From Octopus sinensis (taxonomy: Eukaryota): DNA of 64,000 bases. The position numbers were made by a program, and so were the translations under genes. Where the stretch lies: NCBI RefSeq assembly GCF_006345805.1, contig NC_043006.1:79422001-79486000 (forward strand). The letters are read 5' to 3'. Each line of letters starts with the position of its first letter. Position 1 is the stretch's first letter. Positions 50,836 through 63,080 of the stretch are shown piece by piece. The notes under the pieces were generated by a model that was not told the origin of the DNA, did no database searches, and saw nothing but the letters and a program-made list of their open reading frames with translations.

Positions 50836-51165
50836 GAAGGCACATGGCTCAGTTAGAGCATTGGGCTCACAATCATGAGGTAGTGAGTTCAATTCCCGAA
50901 CTGGGCTGTGTGTTGTGTTCTTGAGCAAGACACTTTATTTCACATTGCTCTAGTTCCATCAGCTGTAGAAATAAGTTGCAACATCACAGGTGCCAAGCTG
51001 TATTGGCCTTTGCCTTTCCCTTGGACAACATTGGTGGCATGGAAAGGGGGCAGCTGGTATGCATGGGTGACTGCTGATCTTCCATAAACAATATTGCCCA
51101 GACTTATGCCTGGGAGGGTAACTTTCTAGGTACAATCCCATGGTCATTCGTAACTGAAGGGACTC
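50836..51165 (+). mobile_element. tRNA-derived SINE, family C
   Basis: Head GGCACATGGCTCAGT..GAGTTCAATTCCC, body gtgttcttgagcaagacacttt. Confidence 0.85.
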
Positions 51166-51436
51166 TTTTTATACAAAGACGCATCAAGTCAAATAAAATC
51201 ACAGTTGTAGCAGACACTGGTGCCACACAAATGGCACATAAAAGCAACCATTACACTCTCATAGTGGTTGGCATTAGGAAGCTGTAGAAACCATGCCAAA
51301 TTAGACCGGAGTCTAGTGCAGCCTTCCAGCTTGCCAGGCTTGGTCAAACCGTCCAACCCATGCCAGCATGGACAACGGACATATGATGATGATGGATAGA
51401 TGGATGGATGGATACATACATACATATACATGCTGA

Positions 51437-51768
51437 GACCCCCTTCGACCATGACTGACAATGGGATTGTCCCTAGAAAGTTACCCTCCCAGGCACAAGT
51501 CCAGGCAAGGTTGTTTATGGAAGACCAGCAGTTGCCCATGCATACCAGCCTCCCCTCTCCACACCACCAATGTTATCCAAGGGAAAAGCAAAGGCCGATA
51601 CAGCTTGGCACCTGTGACGTCGCAACTCATTTCTAATGCTGAGTGAACTGGAGCAATGTGAAATAAAGTGTCTTGCTCAAGAACACAACATGCAGCCCGG
51701 TTCGGGATTCGAACTCACAAACTCAGGATCGTAAGCTCAACGCTCTAACCACTGAGCCATGTGCCCTC
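51437..51768 (-). mobile_element. SINE family C, inverted relative to 50836-51165
   Basis: Full reverse-complement copy. Confidence 0.85.
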
Positions 51769-51789
51769 ACACACACACACATACTGGAA

Positions 51790-52470
51790 AGAGTTATCTG
51801 TATCATGATGATTTGCAGCAGGTATCAAAATGCCAAAATCATGACTGCTCCTCAATGCTCTGTGAACACTGTAAAAGCTCTAAGACATGACACAGACAGC
51901 TGCAACAGAGACAGCGAAGCCGTGTCTAGCAGCAAGGGACACAGCAGGTATTCTGGCTGCATCTGCACACCAGAGCCTTTAGCCTCAATTTAAACAGTTA
52001 TATGAAGCTGCTGGATACTGAGGTCAAAACCTGGCTGGGGAGGGTTGATGCAGGAAGACAACATGTGTGGGAGGAGGATTCAGCTCCTTACCATACCTCC
52101 TGAAAAAGTCAGAAGTGATTGTCAGAGAACTTCTACGACTTCACCAGCCCTTATTTCTGGCCTCTTAAATGCCCCTATTGTAATCCCATGTATTACTATG
52201 CATGGGGTATGGTGAAGAAAGATATCAACCACTCTGCCTGAAACACCAAGGCCGAGTTAGTGGCCAAGGTCAAGGAGATATCCAAAGATCTTCCCAGGGA
52301 CACAGTAAGGAACACATGCACCAGGTTCTGAAGCAGTCTTGAGGCTGTGGTAGAAGTTGAGGGCAGATACTTTGACTATTTTTAGAATTTTTAGAATACT
52401 TTTATTATTGGATGACATATTATTTTCTTTTCCTTTTATGCAAACTGTCAAATTTAGCCCAAACACCCTG
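51790..52470 (+). mobile_element. Second decayed maT-like mariner remnant
   Basis: YMKLLDTEVKTWLGRVDAGRQHVWEEDSAPYH...FWPL...YAWGMV...RF*SSLEAVVEVEG, homologous to the 26092 element. Right terminus is ...aaacaccctg|TA. Confidence 0.75.
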
Positions 52471-53279
52471 TAGATCACTTTAACTGTTTAGCTTTTAAAC
52501 TGGCCATATCCAGCCATAATATTCTACTTGTCAAATGCTCAACCAGGCCATGTCTGGTCTCTTACACATACCCTATCACTGAATCAGGCGTGGTTTTGTG
52601 TGGGTTGGTATCTAAAGTGTTAACCACTCAGCCACAAACATAGAAGAAAGACATAGAAAGAATAAAAAAAAAATCTTTCACTGAAATATTTTGACAAAAA
52701 AAAAAATAGGTAGGTACAGTAAACAGAAAGAAACAGTATTATAAGATATTGGTATGGGTTATGTGTGACCTGACTGAATAAACACCTAAATTAGCTAAGT
52801 GGTAGCATATTGGTAAGGAATAAAGGAGTGGAGTAAATAGAAATAAAACGGAAGTAAGAAGAAGGAAATGTCAAATATTTCACCAATGAAAAAAGTTGGT
52901 TTGGATAACACACAGACTGTTGACAGAGTAATAAAGTTACAATGTTGTAATTTATTTGTAGTTTAGGGTAGGTTAGCATAGGGTGTGACAGATGGGTTGA
53001 TAATACACCACAGCAAGGCACCAGAGTAATATCTGCAACCTGATTCCAGTCCTCGACTGGAACCATTACATTTCCATCATATCATAACAACGGGGGAAGG
53101 GTGGAATAAAGGAAAGGCACAAAATTTCTCTTTACCTATCTATGCCATATGTGTGTGTGTGTGTATCTTTTGTTTCAGACACCCAAGCTTGGCGTAATCT
53201 TCTGATTTGCCCAGCTGCTGTCAAATCGTCCAACCCAAGCCAGCTTGGAAAACGGACGTTAAATGATAATGAAGATAAT

Positions 53280-53550
53280 GATGACTGGACAGCGACCATG
53301 CTGGGGCACTGTCTTGAAGGGTTTCAATCAAAGAAACTGACACCAGCACTTTTTTTAAAGTTTGGTACTTAGTTTATTAGTTTCTTTTGACGAACCGCTA
53401 CGTAAAATGGGCCGTAAACAAACCAACATTGATCGTCAAGCGATGGTGGGAGACAGACACACACATACATACATATACTTCTACCAAATTCACTCACACG
53501 GCATTGGTCGGCCCAGAGCTATAGTAGAATATTTACCAAAAGTACCGCGC
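53280..53550 (-). mobile_element. Diverged family-A SINE that retains CpGs
   Basis: gacgaaccgctacgtaaa, gatcgtcaagcgatgg, cacacggcattggtcggccc. Confidence 0.75.
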
Positions 53551-54403
53551 ATGTGTGGAAAAGAAAGAAAAATATATGCTATTTATTCATATATAAAGCA
53601 TACTATTTTAAACTTTGGTTTTCAATAAAAAAAAAAACTGGAGTGCGATTTATACACGAGGCAAAGCTAAAACTAAGGGAAAATTTTTTGTACCATGACT
53701 TGACACTAAAATAGGGGTGCGACCTATACACGAATAAATACAGTATTTATTCAAAATCGTTCTATATTCAATATTTATGAATTAGACTGACGCTACAACC
53801 GTGACTATATAGTCTTTAAAAAAAAAAAGAAAGAATAACATATCTCGGATTACGTTATCCGATGTAGCATATTTTCGAAGACCTTAGGGTGAGATATGAG
53901 AGTTATGGTTGCTATTTCTAGCAGGTCGATTGTGTGCTAAAGAGATAGAATGGTAAAATTAATATAGGTATATAGATAATAATTGGACAAAGTTACAGAA
54001 ATGTGTAAAAACCGTACACATCTCTATTACAACACACATACACACACATTCTCTCTCTCTCTCTCTCTCTCTCAACTCACACACATACGTACATGTACAA
54101 AGCCCTCCTCCTCGGACTAACTTACAGAACACAGACAGATATACGTGCGTGCATATGTTAAACTTGAATCCACAGAGGGAGAGAGACGATTATTTTCTTA
54201 TATACCAATGAGAGAGAAAAATAGGAAGTGTAGATATGAGAAATCTATCTGGATATATTAGTGATGGGGAGAAATGTCTTTATATATATATATATATATA
54301 TATTATAATGCTGACATTGGAGCTAGACACAGTCCTACGGCTCGCCAGATCCTATGAAACCGTCCAACCCATGCCAGCGTGGAAAATGAACATTAAATAA
54401 TTA

Positions 54404-54638
54404 TACGAGCTGGCTGCTGAAAAGTACCTGGTTTTTAAGGGTAAGCGAAAGGCCTGGTTGAAGGACCAACTTTCCGAGTTCTTTTACAAGGTTTAGAAAA
54501 AAACCGAAGGACCGCGGCAATAAGTGTGTGAATCTGAGAGAGGAATGTGTTGAAATAAAATCATAATTAACTGATCCGCTTTGTATTTTCTTTTACCCAA
54601 AACCAGGAACTTTTCAGCACACACACCCCCACCTCGTG
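54404..54638 (+). mobile_element. Second copy of the mariner-derived MITE
   Basis: Colinear with 29882-30102 (gaaaggcctggttgaagg...aatcataattaactgatcc...ccaggaacttttcagcac). Confidence 0.75.
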
Positions 54639-54709
54639 TGTGTGTGTGTATGTGTGTGTGTGTGTGTATAAGCACACGCATACATTTAGAGGGATGAGAG
54701 GATGAACAT

Positions 54710-54741
<32 letters not shown>

Positions 54742-54955
54742 CGTTATGAAACATTCAACATTATATTTGGCATATATTTGAAGAAATATAAAAAAATTAG
54801 GCTTCAGGACAGAAACGGAAAAAAAAAAGACTTTTCCCTTCCCGAAGAAAGAATCGGACAGTATCTAATCTGTTAGATAAATGGTACACAAGCACACACA
54901 TATTCGCGGGAGTGTTTTATACAATACATACGTAACAGACATACATAGCATACAA

Positions 54956-54988
<33 letters not shown>

Positions 54989-55469
54989 GCATAACATATA
55001 TATGCGCACACACACTGAAGTGTATGTGCGAATACATACATACATACATACATAACATGCATACATACACACGCGCGCATACAAAGTGCGCGCGAGTGGA
55101 TGTTTTGTGAGAAAGACAGAAGGGAAAAACTATACAAATGATGTGGGTGTATGTATATAGTGTGATTTGATAAGTTAAAAAAGCAGAAAAATAAATAAAC
55201 AAACAAAAGAGAAAGGAAGAGAAACTGATAAAATGTTTGCAGGAAATGGAGAGGAAATGGTTATATGTACGTTAGAAAATTTAATGAATCTCTATTTCCA
55301 GAGTGAAAAAGTTTACATGTAGATTTTTTTTTTTTACCCTAAAATGTGTCCCAGACCCACAATGTCGAGGGTTCTTTCAGAAATAAATCTTTTGAAGAAT
55401 GATATTTTTTTTTTTCCCCCTTCCGTCGAATATTTTAGGCTCTGAAGCCCTAAATGTACAGCAAACGAG

Positions 55470-55765
55470 GGAATTTCTTTGCGGCTAGCCGACCTGTTGG
55501 CTAGAAATAGTAACTAAATCTCCTTCAACGAACCAACGACGGAATCTCTATGCGGCTTAGCCGACCTGCTAGAAAGAGTAGCCAAAGACTCCTTCAAATA
55601 ACCATCCTGTTTTCTTAAGCCAACGGAGGGGGGGATCTCTATGCGGCTGACCGATCTGTTGGAAATGGCAACCAAATCTCCCTCAAATATGCATCCTAAC
55701 TAACGAGAGAATATCTATGCTGCTAGCAGATCAATAAGAAATAGCAGCCGAATTTCACTCCAATA
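55470..55765. repeat. Degenerate tandem repeat (four ~65-85-bp units)
   Basis: Unit ~ctatgcggctagccgacctgctagaaatagcagccaaatctcc; single related segments at about 12430, 17380, 25305 (rc) and 53905 (rc). Confidence 0.7.
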
Positions 55766-55903
55766 TAATCATCGAACCGTCTTAAAAAAAAAAAAGGTGA
55801 ATAGTCCCGTCGTAACATTTAAAAATGTTACGACAAGAACCGTTTACATGAGTAGGGTTGACCTGGAACAAAACACAAACACACATTTTATATATGTACA
55901 GTG

Positions 55904-55934
<31 letters not shown>

Positions 55935-56839
55935 TACATACATACATATATATATATATATACACGCACACAAGGGATTCAGTTTAAATGTGTATGTAAG
56001 CCGTATGACACGTGCATAAGTGCGCACATAAGCGCGAAGCATGGGTGCACTGGCAGAGCTGCACATATGTATACACAAAATTCCCCTTCTCTCTCTCTCT
56101 CTCTCTCTCTTACACATACATACATACAGGCAGAAGAAACACACGTGCGTGTGTGTGCTTGCTTGTAAGATGCGTGTGCTTGAGTTGCGTGTGTGTACTT
56201 TGGTTTGTTTTGTAAAAGTCACAACGATGAATTTTCTAAATGTCGGACAGTAACAATAATAAATGCACACACACACACACACACACACACACCCCACACC
56301 TTTTCTTTTTTAAACTTTTCTGTACCTCAAAACAATTTCAAAATACATATATACAAACAGCCGATCTGGCCACAGTTTTAGCCATCCAAACATGCAACCA
56401 GTATGTATGTGGGATTTTAAAAAATACTGACACACACACACATACATACACGCATATATATATACATACATACATACATATATTAAACACATATTTCCCA
56501 CATACAAACATGCATGCTATTGGTTTAAAACACTGTTTTCATTGTTTTCAATGTAGTTGAGAGCAACATGTACACTCACAAACAGACACAATGTATGTAT
56601 ATGTATGTAAATTTTAAACGTGTAAGAACCGGTATTCTCAAGTCAACATAGTGAAGTCTGTGCCTTTCTTTCACATGTTGTCAATGTCTGTCATATATAC
56701 ATGTGTGTGTGTGTGTGTGTTTATGACAGGCATTTGACATGGTTAAATCTTACAGTAATATATATACTATCGGTTAACCAGTAATGTACTATCTGTTAAT
56801 CACACTTTAAAAAATAAAGGTCTGTGGTAAAATAACATA

Positions 56840-57370
56840 AGCAATGAATACATTGAGATAGACAAATATACTCGAGACGAGAGAGAGAGAAAGAGAGACA
56901 AATATACAAAGGGGAAGAAAAAAGAGACTGACAAATATATACAGAGAAAGAGGGAACGGGATGAATTTACAGAGAATGAGAGAAAGACAATTACAGAAAG
57001 AATAAGATAGACAAAAGGCTTAACATACAGAGGACGAAAGAGAGAGAGAAATGCAGACGAAGAGATAAATATACAGGGAAAAAAACTAATTTTCAGAGGA
57101 AGAGAGAGATTAATATGTAGAGAGGAAAAGAGACATATACAAAGAGAGACGAGAAGAGTAAAGATAGGAAGACAAATAAAGAAAGAGAAAGGCCAATACA
57201 GAAAAGAAAGACACTTATAGAAAAAAGAGAGGTACATATAGAAAGGAGAGAGAGACAATTATAGAGAACAGGCAAAAATATACGATATACACATAGAAAA
57301 GAGACAGACAATTAAAGAAGAGAGTGAGAGACATATATATAGAGAGAAAAGAAGCACCTAACAACAAAAC
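56840..57370. repeat. ~530-bp purine-rich (GA) tract near the 5' end of intron 1
   Basis: Strong strand asymmetry; pyrimidine-rich on the transcribed (minus) strand. Confidence 0.85.
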
Positions 57371-57905
57371 TAAAAGAAGACAAATATTGACAAACGAATA
57401 GACGGGCCCCACGGCGGGCGACAAACGAAAACAACCTCAACGGACGAGCAACAGTTGAGTTGTTTGAAAGACAGAGGAATGAGAAAACCAATAAATAAAT
57501 AGACGATGCAAAGTCTGTCTGTATAGAAGAAAATAAAATGACATAATATAATATTGAGAGATATCAATAAAACGTTAGAGAGAGATAACTTAGGTAAAGC
57601 AAGCCCACCCCTATTCTTTTTTCCTTTTTTTTTCGCAACAGTGTGTTGTTTACGCCGTGTAATGTTATTTCTTTCTTTTTTTTTAATTTCATCCCCTCCT
57701 CCTCTCTCTTTATCTTTCTCTCGCTCCCTTTCTGCTGCTGCTCTGTTTTCGGCCCGCACATGATTTTTGATATTTGGGCGACAGTTTTTCTGTTTATGTT
57801 GAAATAACAACAAGTTTTGGACACTAAGAACGGACGGACGGGTCAAAAGCTGAACGACTGAAATAAAACATAAGTGAACATTCGAACATTCTCTCACATA
57901 CTCAC

Positions 57906-57957
57906 CGATTTTTATCCGTAAACTCTCTTCGACCCGTACATCGGCAAGTCCTGCCAT
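57906..57957 (-). CDS. RASA3: First coding exon of a GAP1-family Ras GTPase-activating protein (RASA2/RASA3-like; start of the C2A domain)
   Basis: Minus strand reads atcATGGCAGGACTTGCCGATGTACGGGTCGAAGAGAGTTTACGGATAAAAATCG|GTGAGT = MAGLADVRVEESLRIKI+G, with a good Kozak context and a consensus phase-1 donor. From memory, this matches the N-termini of human RASA3 (LRVFQSVKIKIG-EAKNL) and RASA2 (EVRVLQSLRGKIC-EAKNL), and human RASA3 exon 1 ends at the same KIKI-G position. The symbol marks the RASA2/3 group; exact orthology is not resolved. Confidence 0.8.
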
Positions 57958-58030
57958 GATGATGACCCAGTTAGAAAACGGAAGTGACCTCTACGGGGGG
58001 TTAACTGAGCGCCAATTTCAGCCAGCAATA
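57958..58030 (-). promoter_or_regulatory. Putative 5' UTR and core promoter of the RASA3-like gene
   Basis: ETS/GABP-type CGGAAGTG at 57979-57986 and GCGCCAAT (CCAAT / E2F-like) at 58009-58016, immediately upstream of the ATG. CpG is locally abundant (about 57380-58020) against a CpG-poor background. No TATA box seen. Confidence 0.55.
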
Positions 58031-58535
58031 AAGTCAACCACAGGGAGACCAAAGACAAATAAATACATAATATATCTATAGACATAAGTGAATGACATAA
58101 GAAAATATTTTGCTAGTTGCTATTATTTTTCATTATGATATTTAGTTTCGCCATAAGTGTTATTTTTTTTCTTTATTTCTTCAAAACATTAAATGACAAA
58201 AGCATTAACAGGCAAAAACAATATAAAAGAAATGCAAGTTGATATCAAGTGTGTTTCATTCTTAGAAAAAATATTAGTGACATTTCTTTTACTCAGATTA
58301 GTTTCTTCAAATGTAATTTATAAAATTCTTTTCATTCATCTAATTCAAAATTTCAGTAACATCAGTGTGTGTATGCATATATGTATGTGTGTGTGTGTGT
58401 GTGTATAATACATGCATACATACATATATATATATATATATTAGATAAATTTGTTTTATATACATATATATATATATATATATCAAATATGTTTAATATA
58501 TAACATAAATATATATATATGTATGTGTGTATATT

Positions 58536-58568
<33 letters not shown>

Positions 58569-59027
58569 GTATGTATGTGATATTTGTCACATATATAAAT
58601 ATATTACATAGTATATCTTTTACATGTATGTGTGTATGCATGTATGTATAGCCAAGCGCAGACAGGGCCATGTGGTTAAGAAAGTTGCTTTCAAGCAATA
58701 TGATTTCAGGTTCAGTCCCACTGTCAGACAATTGGGTTCTATTATATCCCAAAGGCACAACAAAGCTTTGTGAGTGGATCTGATAGATGGAAACTAAAAG
58801 AAGCCCAGCATGTCTGTGAGTGTGTGTGCGTGCGTGCGTGCGCGCGCGTATAAATCAATCCAAGGCTGTGAATAGTTTTCAATACATTTATAAAGAGGTC
58901 TTACAGTTGTTTCTGGGATATTTTATATATTCCCTCATCAGAGACGGTACATACACACACACACACACACATATGTATATATGCACACACATCATGTATA
59001 TAATATATATATAGACAACAGATGCAT

Positions 59028-59425
59028 AGGCGCAGGAGTGGCTGTGTGGTAAGTAGCTTGCTAACCAACCACATGGCTCCGGGTTCAGTCCCACTGCGTG
59101 GCATCTTGGGCAAGTGTCTTCTGCTATAGCCCCGGACCGACCAATGCCTTGTGAGTGGATTTGGTAGACGGAAACTGAAAGAAGCCTGTCGTATATATGT
59201 ATATATATGTATGTGTGTGTTTGTGTGTCTGTGTTTGACCCCCTAGCATCGCTTGACAACCGATGCTGGTGTGTTTATGTCCCCGTTACTTAGCAGTTCG
59301 GCAAAAAAGAGACCGATAGAATAAGTACTGGGCTTACAAAGAATAAGTCCCGGGGTCGAGTTTGCTCGACTAAAGGCGGTGCTCCAGCATGGCCGCAGTC
59401 AAATGACTGAAACAAGTAAAAGATA
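59028..59425 (+). mobile_element. SINE family A (young-looking)
   Basis: Near-consensus copy upstream of the promoter. Confidence 0.9.
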
Positions 59426-60169
59426 AAGAAAAGATAAAGATAAAGATAGATATCAGATAGTTAAATATCAATATGGGTAGCAGGCTGGCAGAATTATTTG
59501 CGCATCAGTCAAAATGCCTTGTGTTAATTATCCCAGTTCATTACATTCTGAGTTCAAATTTTACCAAAGTCAACTTTGCCTTTTATCCTTTCAGGGTCAA
59601 TAAAAATAAAATGGCACTTCGGGAGGGCTGATGTTACCGGCTAGTCCTGTCCCCATAAAATTGCTATCCTTGTGTCCATATTAAAAATAATGACCTAGTG
59701 AACAGAAAAGAGGATATTAGGCACAAGTGTGGCTGTGTGGTAAGAAGTTTGCTTACCAACCAAATGGTTCCAGGTTCACTCCCACTGTGTGCCATCATGG
59801 ACAAGTATCTTCTACTCATCATATATATATATATATATGTTTGTGTGTGTGTGTCTGTGTTTGTCACACATCATCACTTGACAACCAATGTTGGTGTGTT
59901 TACAACCCTGTAGCAATTCAACAAAAGACGTACTGGGGTTGATCTATTCAACTAAAAATTCTTCAAAGCAGTGCCACAGCAGAAACAAATAAAAAATAAA
60001 AGATTAAACGATGATTATAATGTGTCTGCATACATGCGTGTGTGCATGCATCCATGCGTGTGTGTGGCAATGATGGCTTTGGTTGGTGCTATGTGGCGCT
60101 GGTAAATGAAGATATATTTTGTTAGCTGCATATATAAGGAACATTCAAAATGACCCATGTTTTCAGATT

Positions 60170-61110
60170 TCTTACCATTTGTAGTTAATTTCTTTTTTCA
60201 AAGTTTTTGCCTTAATCAGTTAGTCTGGTCTATCAGTAACAGGCTCACTTTTGTCACTTGGAATAATATTTAGTACTGTTTGTTTCAATTCTTGGAGTGT
60301 TTATTCAAAGTTTCAAATTTCAAAAAGATTATGCATACTCTTCGTGTTAGATTAAATGATATATTTGTTTTGGTGTATTTTGGATGGCATGAAGTGTATG
60401 GTAAGTATTGTCTTGAATCTGTCAGTTTGGAGTGGATATTAGATTCAATATTTGTAACTTTTTGATAATTAAAACATCAAAGAAAAATAATTGATTGTGA
60501 CTGTATTCCATCGGGAACTGTATAAAAGAGTTTTGAAATCCATCTAAGTAACCTTTTCAATTTTCTTATAAGTATTTATGGAAGTTGACACTATACTTTG
60601 GTTTAGATTGTTCATACACTGAAACTTCTAGTTATGCCATGAGTAAATTCACATAAGTAGGGGCAACATTTGTTACCATTGCAGTCCTAGAGATTTGTTT
60701 GTAAAGGCAGCCACTTAATTTGTAACAATTATTTAGCAGAGTAAATTTTATTTCTTCAGTAATTAGTGTGTTTTTTGTTTTTTTTTACGATTCAGTTTGG
60801 AATTTTATTGGGGAATTTTGTAAGCCAGAATTCCATGGCTTCTAGTTCATAGATATGTAGGATAAGTAGTATAAAAGTTAATTACATCAAATGACACAAC
60901 AATGGTGTTTTTATCCACATTTTTTAGGAGATGGTTTAACAGACCCAACTCACATTTTGTGAAGCTTAGTATGTTTCAGAATGGATTCCAACAGTATGTT
61001 TACAAAGTTGCTACCACCAAAAATTTAACTCCAGAAATATGGTTTTGTCATTGATCTCACCATATTACTTTTGAAAATCATGACATTGTGAAACATCTGG
61101 CATCGAACAT
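60170..61110 (-). pseudogene. Decayed Penelope-like element reverse transcriptase
   Basis: Minus-strand translation, with stops and frameshifts: KNTIVVSFDVINFYTT...YKQISRTAMVTNVAPTYVNLLMA*LE...LFFFDVLI...HSKLTDSRQYLPYTSCHPKYTKTNISFNLTRRV. These match the Penelope RT motifs (SFDV.SLYT; YKQ..GTAMG...APTYANL.M; FLDV; KPT...YL...S.HP). Confidence 0.85.
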
Positions 61111-61254
61111 CTACTTCAACAAAATTCTATCTGACCCATGCAAGCATAGAAAAATAGATACTGAATAATGCTGCTGCTGCTGATGATGATGATCATCATC
61201 ATCATCATCATCATACAAGGCAAATTAAAAGGTCAGCTAAAAATATATATAATA

Positions 61255-61625
61255 GGAACAGGAGTGGCTGTGTGGTAAGTAGCTTGCTTACCAGCCACAT
61301 GGTTCCAGGTTCAGTCCCACTGCATGGCACCATAGGCAAGTGTCTCCTACTATAACCTTGGGCTGACCAAAGCTTTGTGAGTGGATTTGGTAGACAGAAA
61401 GAAGCCCATTGTGTGTGTGTGTTTGTCCACCCACTATTGCTTAACAACTGATGCTGGTGTGTTTATGTCCCCGTAATTTAGCAGTTCAGCAAAAGAGATC
61501 CGATAGAATAATTACTAGGCTTACAAAGAATAAGTCTTGGGATCGATTTGTTCAACTAAAGGCAATGCTCCAGCATGGCCACTGTCAAATGACTGAAACA
61601 AATAAAAGGATAAAAGGATAAAAGA
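61255..61625 (+). mobile_element. SINE family A
   Basis: Colinear with consensus. Confidence 0.85.
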
Positions 61626-61667
61626 AAAGAATAATGGTAAAGAAACATACATTAGCTAATATTATCT

Positions 61668-61920
61668 CAATGCTTTCAACTGGGAGTCATATGACTCTGG
61701 GGTGGGGTCCATCATCAATGAAAGCCTAATCAATGACATAAAAGACACAGGGGCCCATTCGCTGCAGCCTAGTTTCAGCAGTGGATGTTCAGGGCTAAAG
61801 CTAACACAAGACTCAAATTCCCTGGGTGAACTTTAGAGATATTTTGGTGGGAGGTAAAAAGTGCATCTTTCTCACAATGTCATCAAATTTGATACTAATT
61901 TGGAAAATTTCGCAAATATG

Positions 61921-61952
<32 letters not shown>

Positions 61953-63080
61953 AGGACAATTCCAAGATTTTTATGACTCTGAGATGAAAAGGAAAACTCA
62001 AAATAAATTATGTCTTCATGTCTATTTATAATTTATGGTAGAATATTCCAGCAGTCTTTCATGTTTTTTGTTGTTAATTTATATATAACATAAAAATTCG
62101 TTTGTATGATTAGATTTATAATGCTTTTTTTTTTAATATTTTTCTACTTTTCGCAGACATTGGATTGTGGTCATGCTGGAGCACAGCTTCAAAGGATTTA
62201 GTCAAAGCAAATCAACCCCAGTACTTATTTTTTATGTCTGACACTTATTCTGTCAGTCCCTTTTATTGAACTGCTATGCTAATTCATAGGAATGTAAACA
62301 AACCAACACTGTGTGTGTGCGTGTGTGTGTGTGTGTATACATATCAGCGTGACTTTGTGTTTGTGCTTTTTCCCCTGCAACACCACTTGAGAACCAGTGT
62401 TGGTTTGTTTATATATATATACAAAATGGGACAAGAACGCAAAACATCCAGACAATTAGGTGATACAAAAAGGGACAACAAAACATCCAGATAGACGATA
62501 CAAAGAAATCAAAGATGAGTCATTCGAAGATTTCTTTCTTCAGTCAAGCACCAGATTATCCTTGCAGTCTGGATGTTTTGCGTTCTTGTCCCATTTTGTA
62601 TTTTATATATTTATATATATATATAGCGGTGCATGTACAGTTTGTCCTCTTAGATATATATGTACACACACACATGTACACATATATATGTATGTATGCA
62701 TGCATGATGAGCACTTCCATATGGTTTCTGTCTACCAAATTCACTTGCAAGACACTGGTTGACCTGGAGCTATAATAGTAGACGCTTGCCCAAGATGCCA
62801 TGCAGTGGGACTGAACCCAAAACCGCATGTTGCAAAGCAAGCTTCCTAATCACACAGCCAAAAACAACAAAAAAACAAAACAATCATTATGGCCAAAGCC
62901 ATCACTCACTAGCGAGTATAACTTGGCAGCATGTACCATGCTCTTGTTAATGGTTTTAGGTAATTGTATATTTGCAAGCAGACATGAGCACACTTATGGC
63001 CCTCCCGGGGGCCATAAATTTTAATAAGAAAATCATACATGGACCCCACCCCAGGGTCATATGGACTCGTCGATGCATTG
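61668..63080. mobile_element. Related hAT-like element whose inverted ends enclose nested insertions
   Basis: Left end caatgctttcaactgggagtcatatgactctggggtggggtccat; the reverse complement of the right end is caatgcatcgacgagtccatatgaccctggggtggggtccat. Confidence 0.45.

Noticed and set aside
53635-53745. pogo/Tigger-like terminus (cgacctatacacgaataaatacagta)
   Set aside because: Only one end is recognisable; not enough to define an element.
57370-57905. The 195-aa ORF 57370-57957 as a complete protein
   Set aside because: Only the first 17 codons look coding. A consensus GTGAGT donor follows, and the remainder is low-complexity intronic read-through.
57906-57957. Alternative identification of exon 1 as YTHDC2 (GLKDIRIDEEVKI-like)
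   Set aside because: The RASA2/RASA3 match covers the LRIKIG motif and the intron position; no R3H-domain continuation was found.
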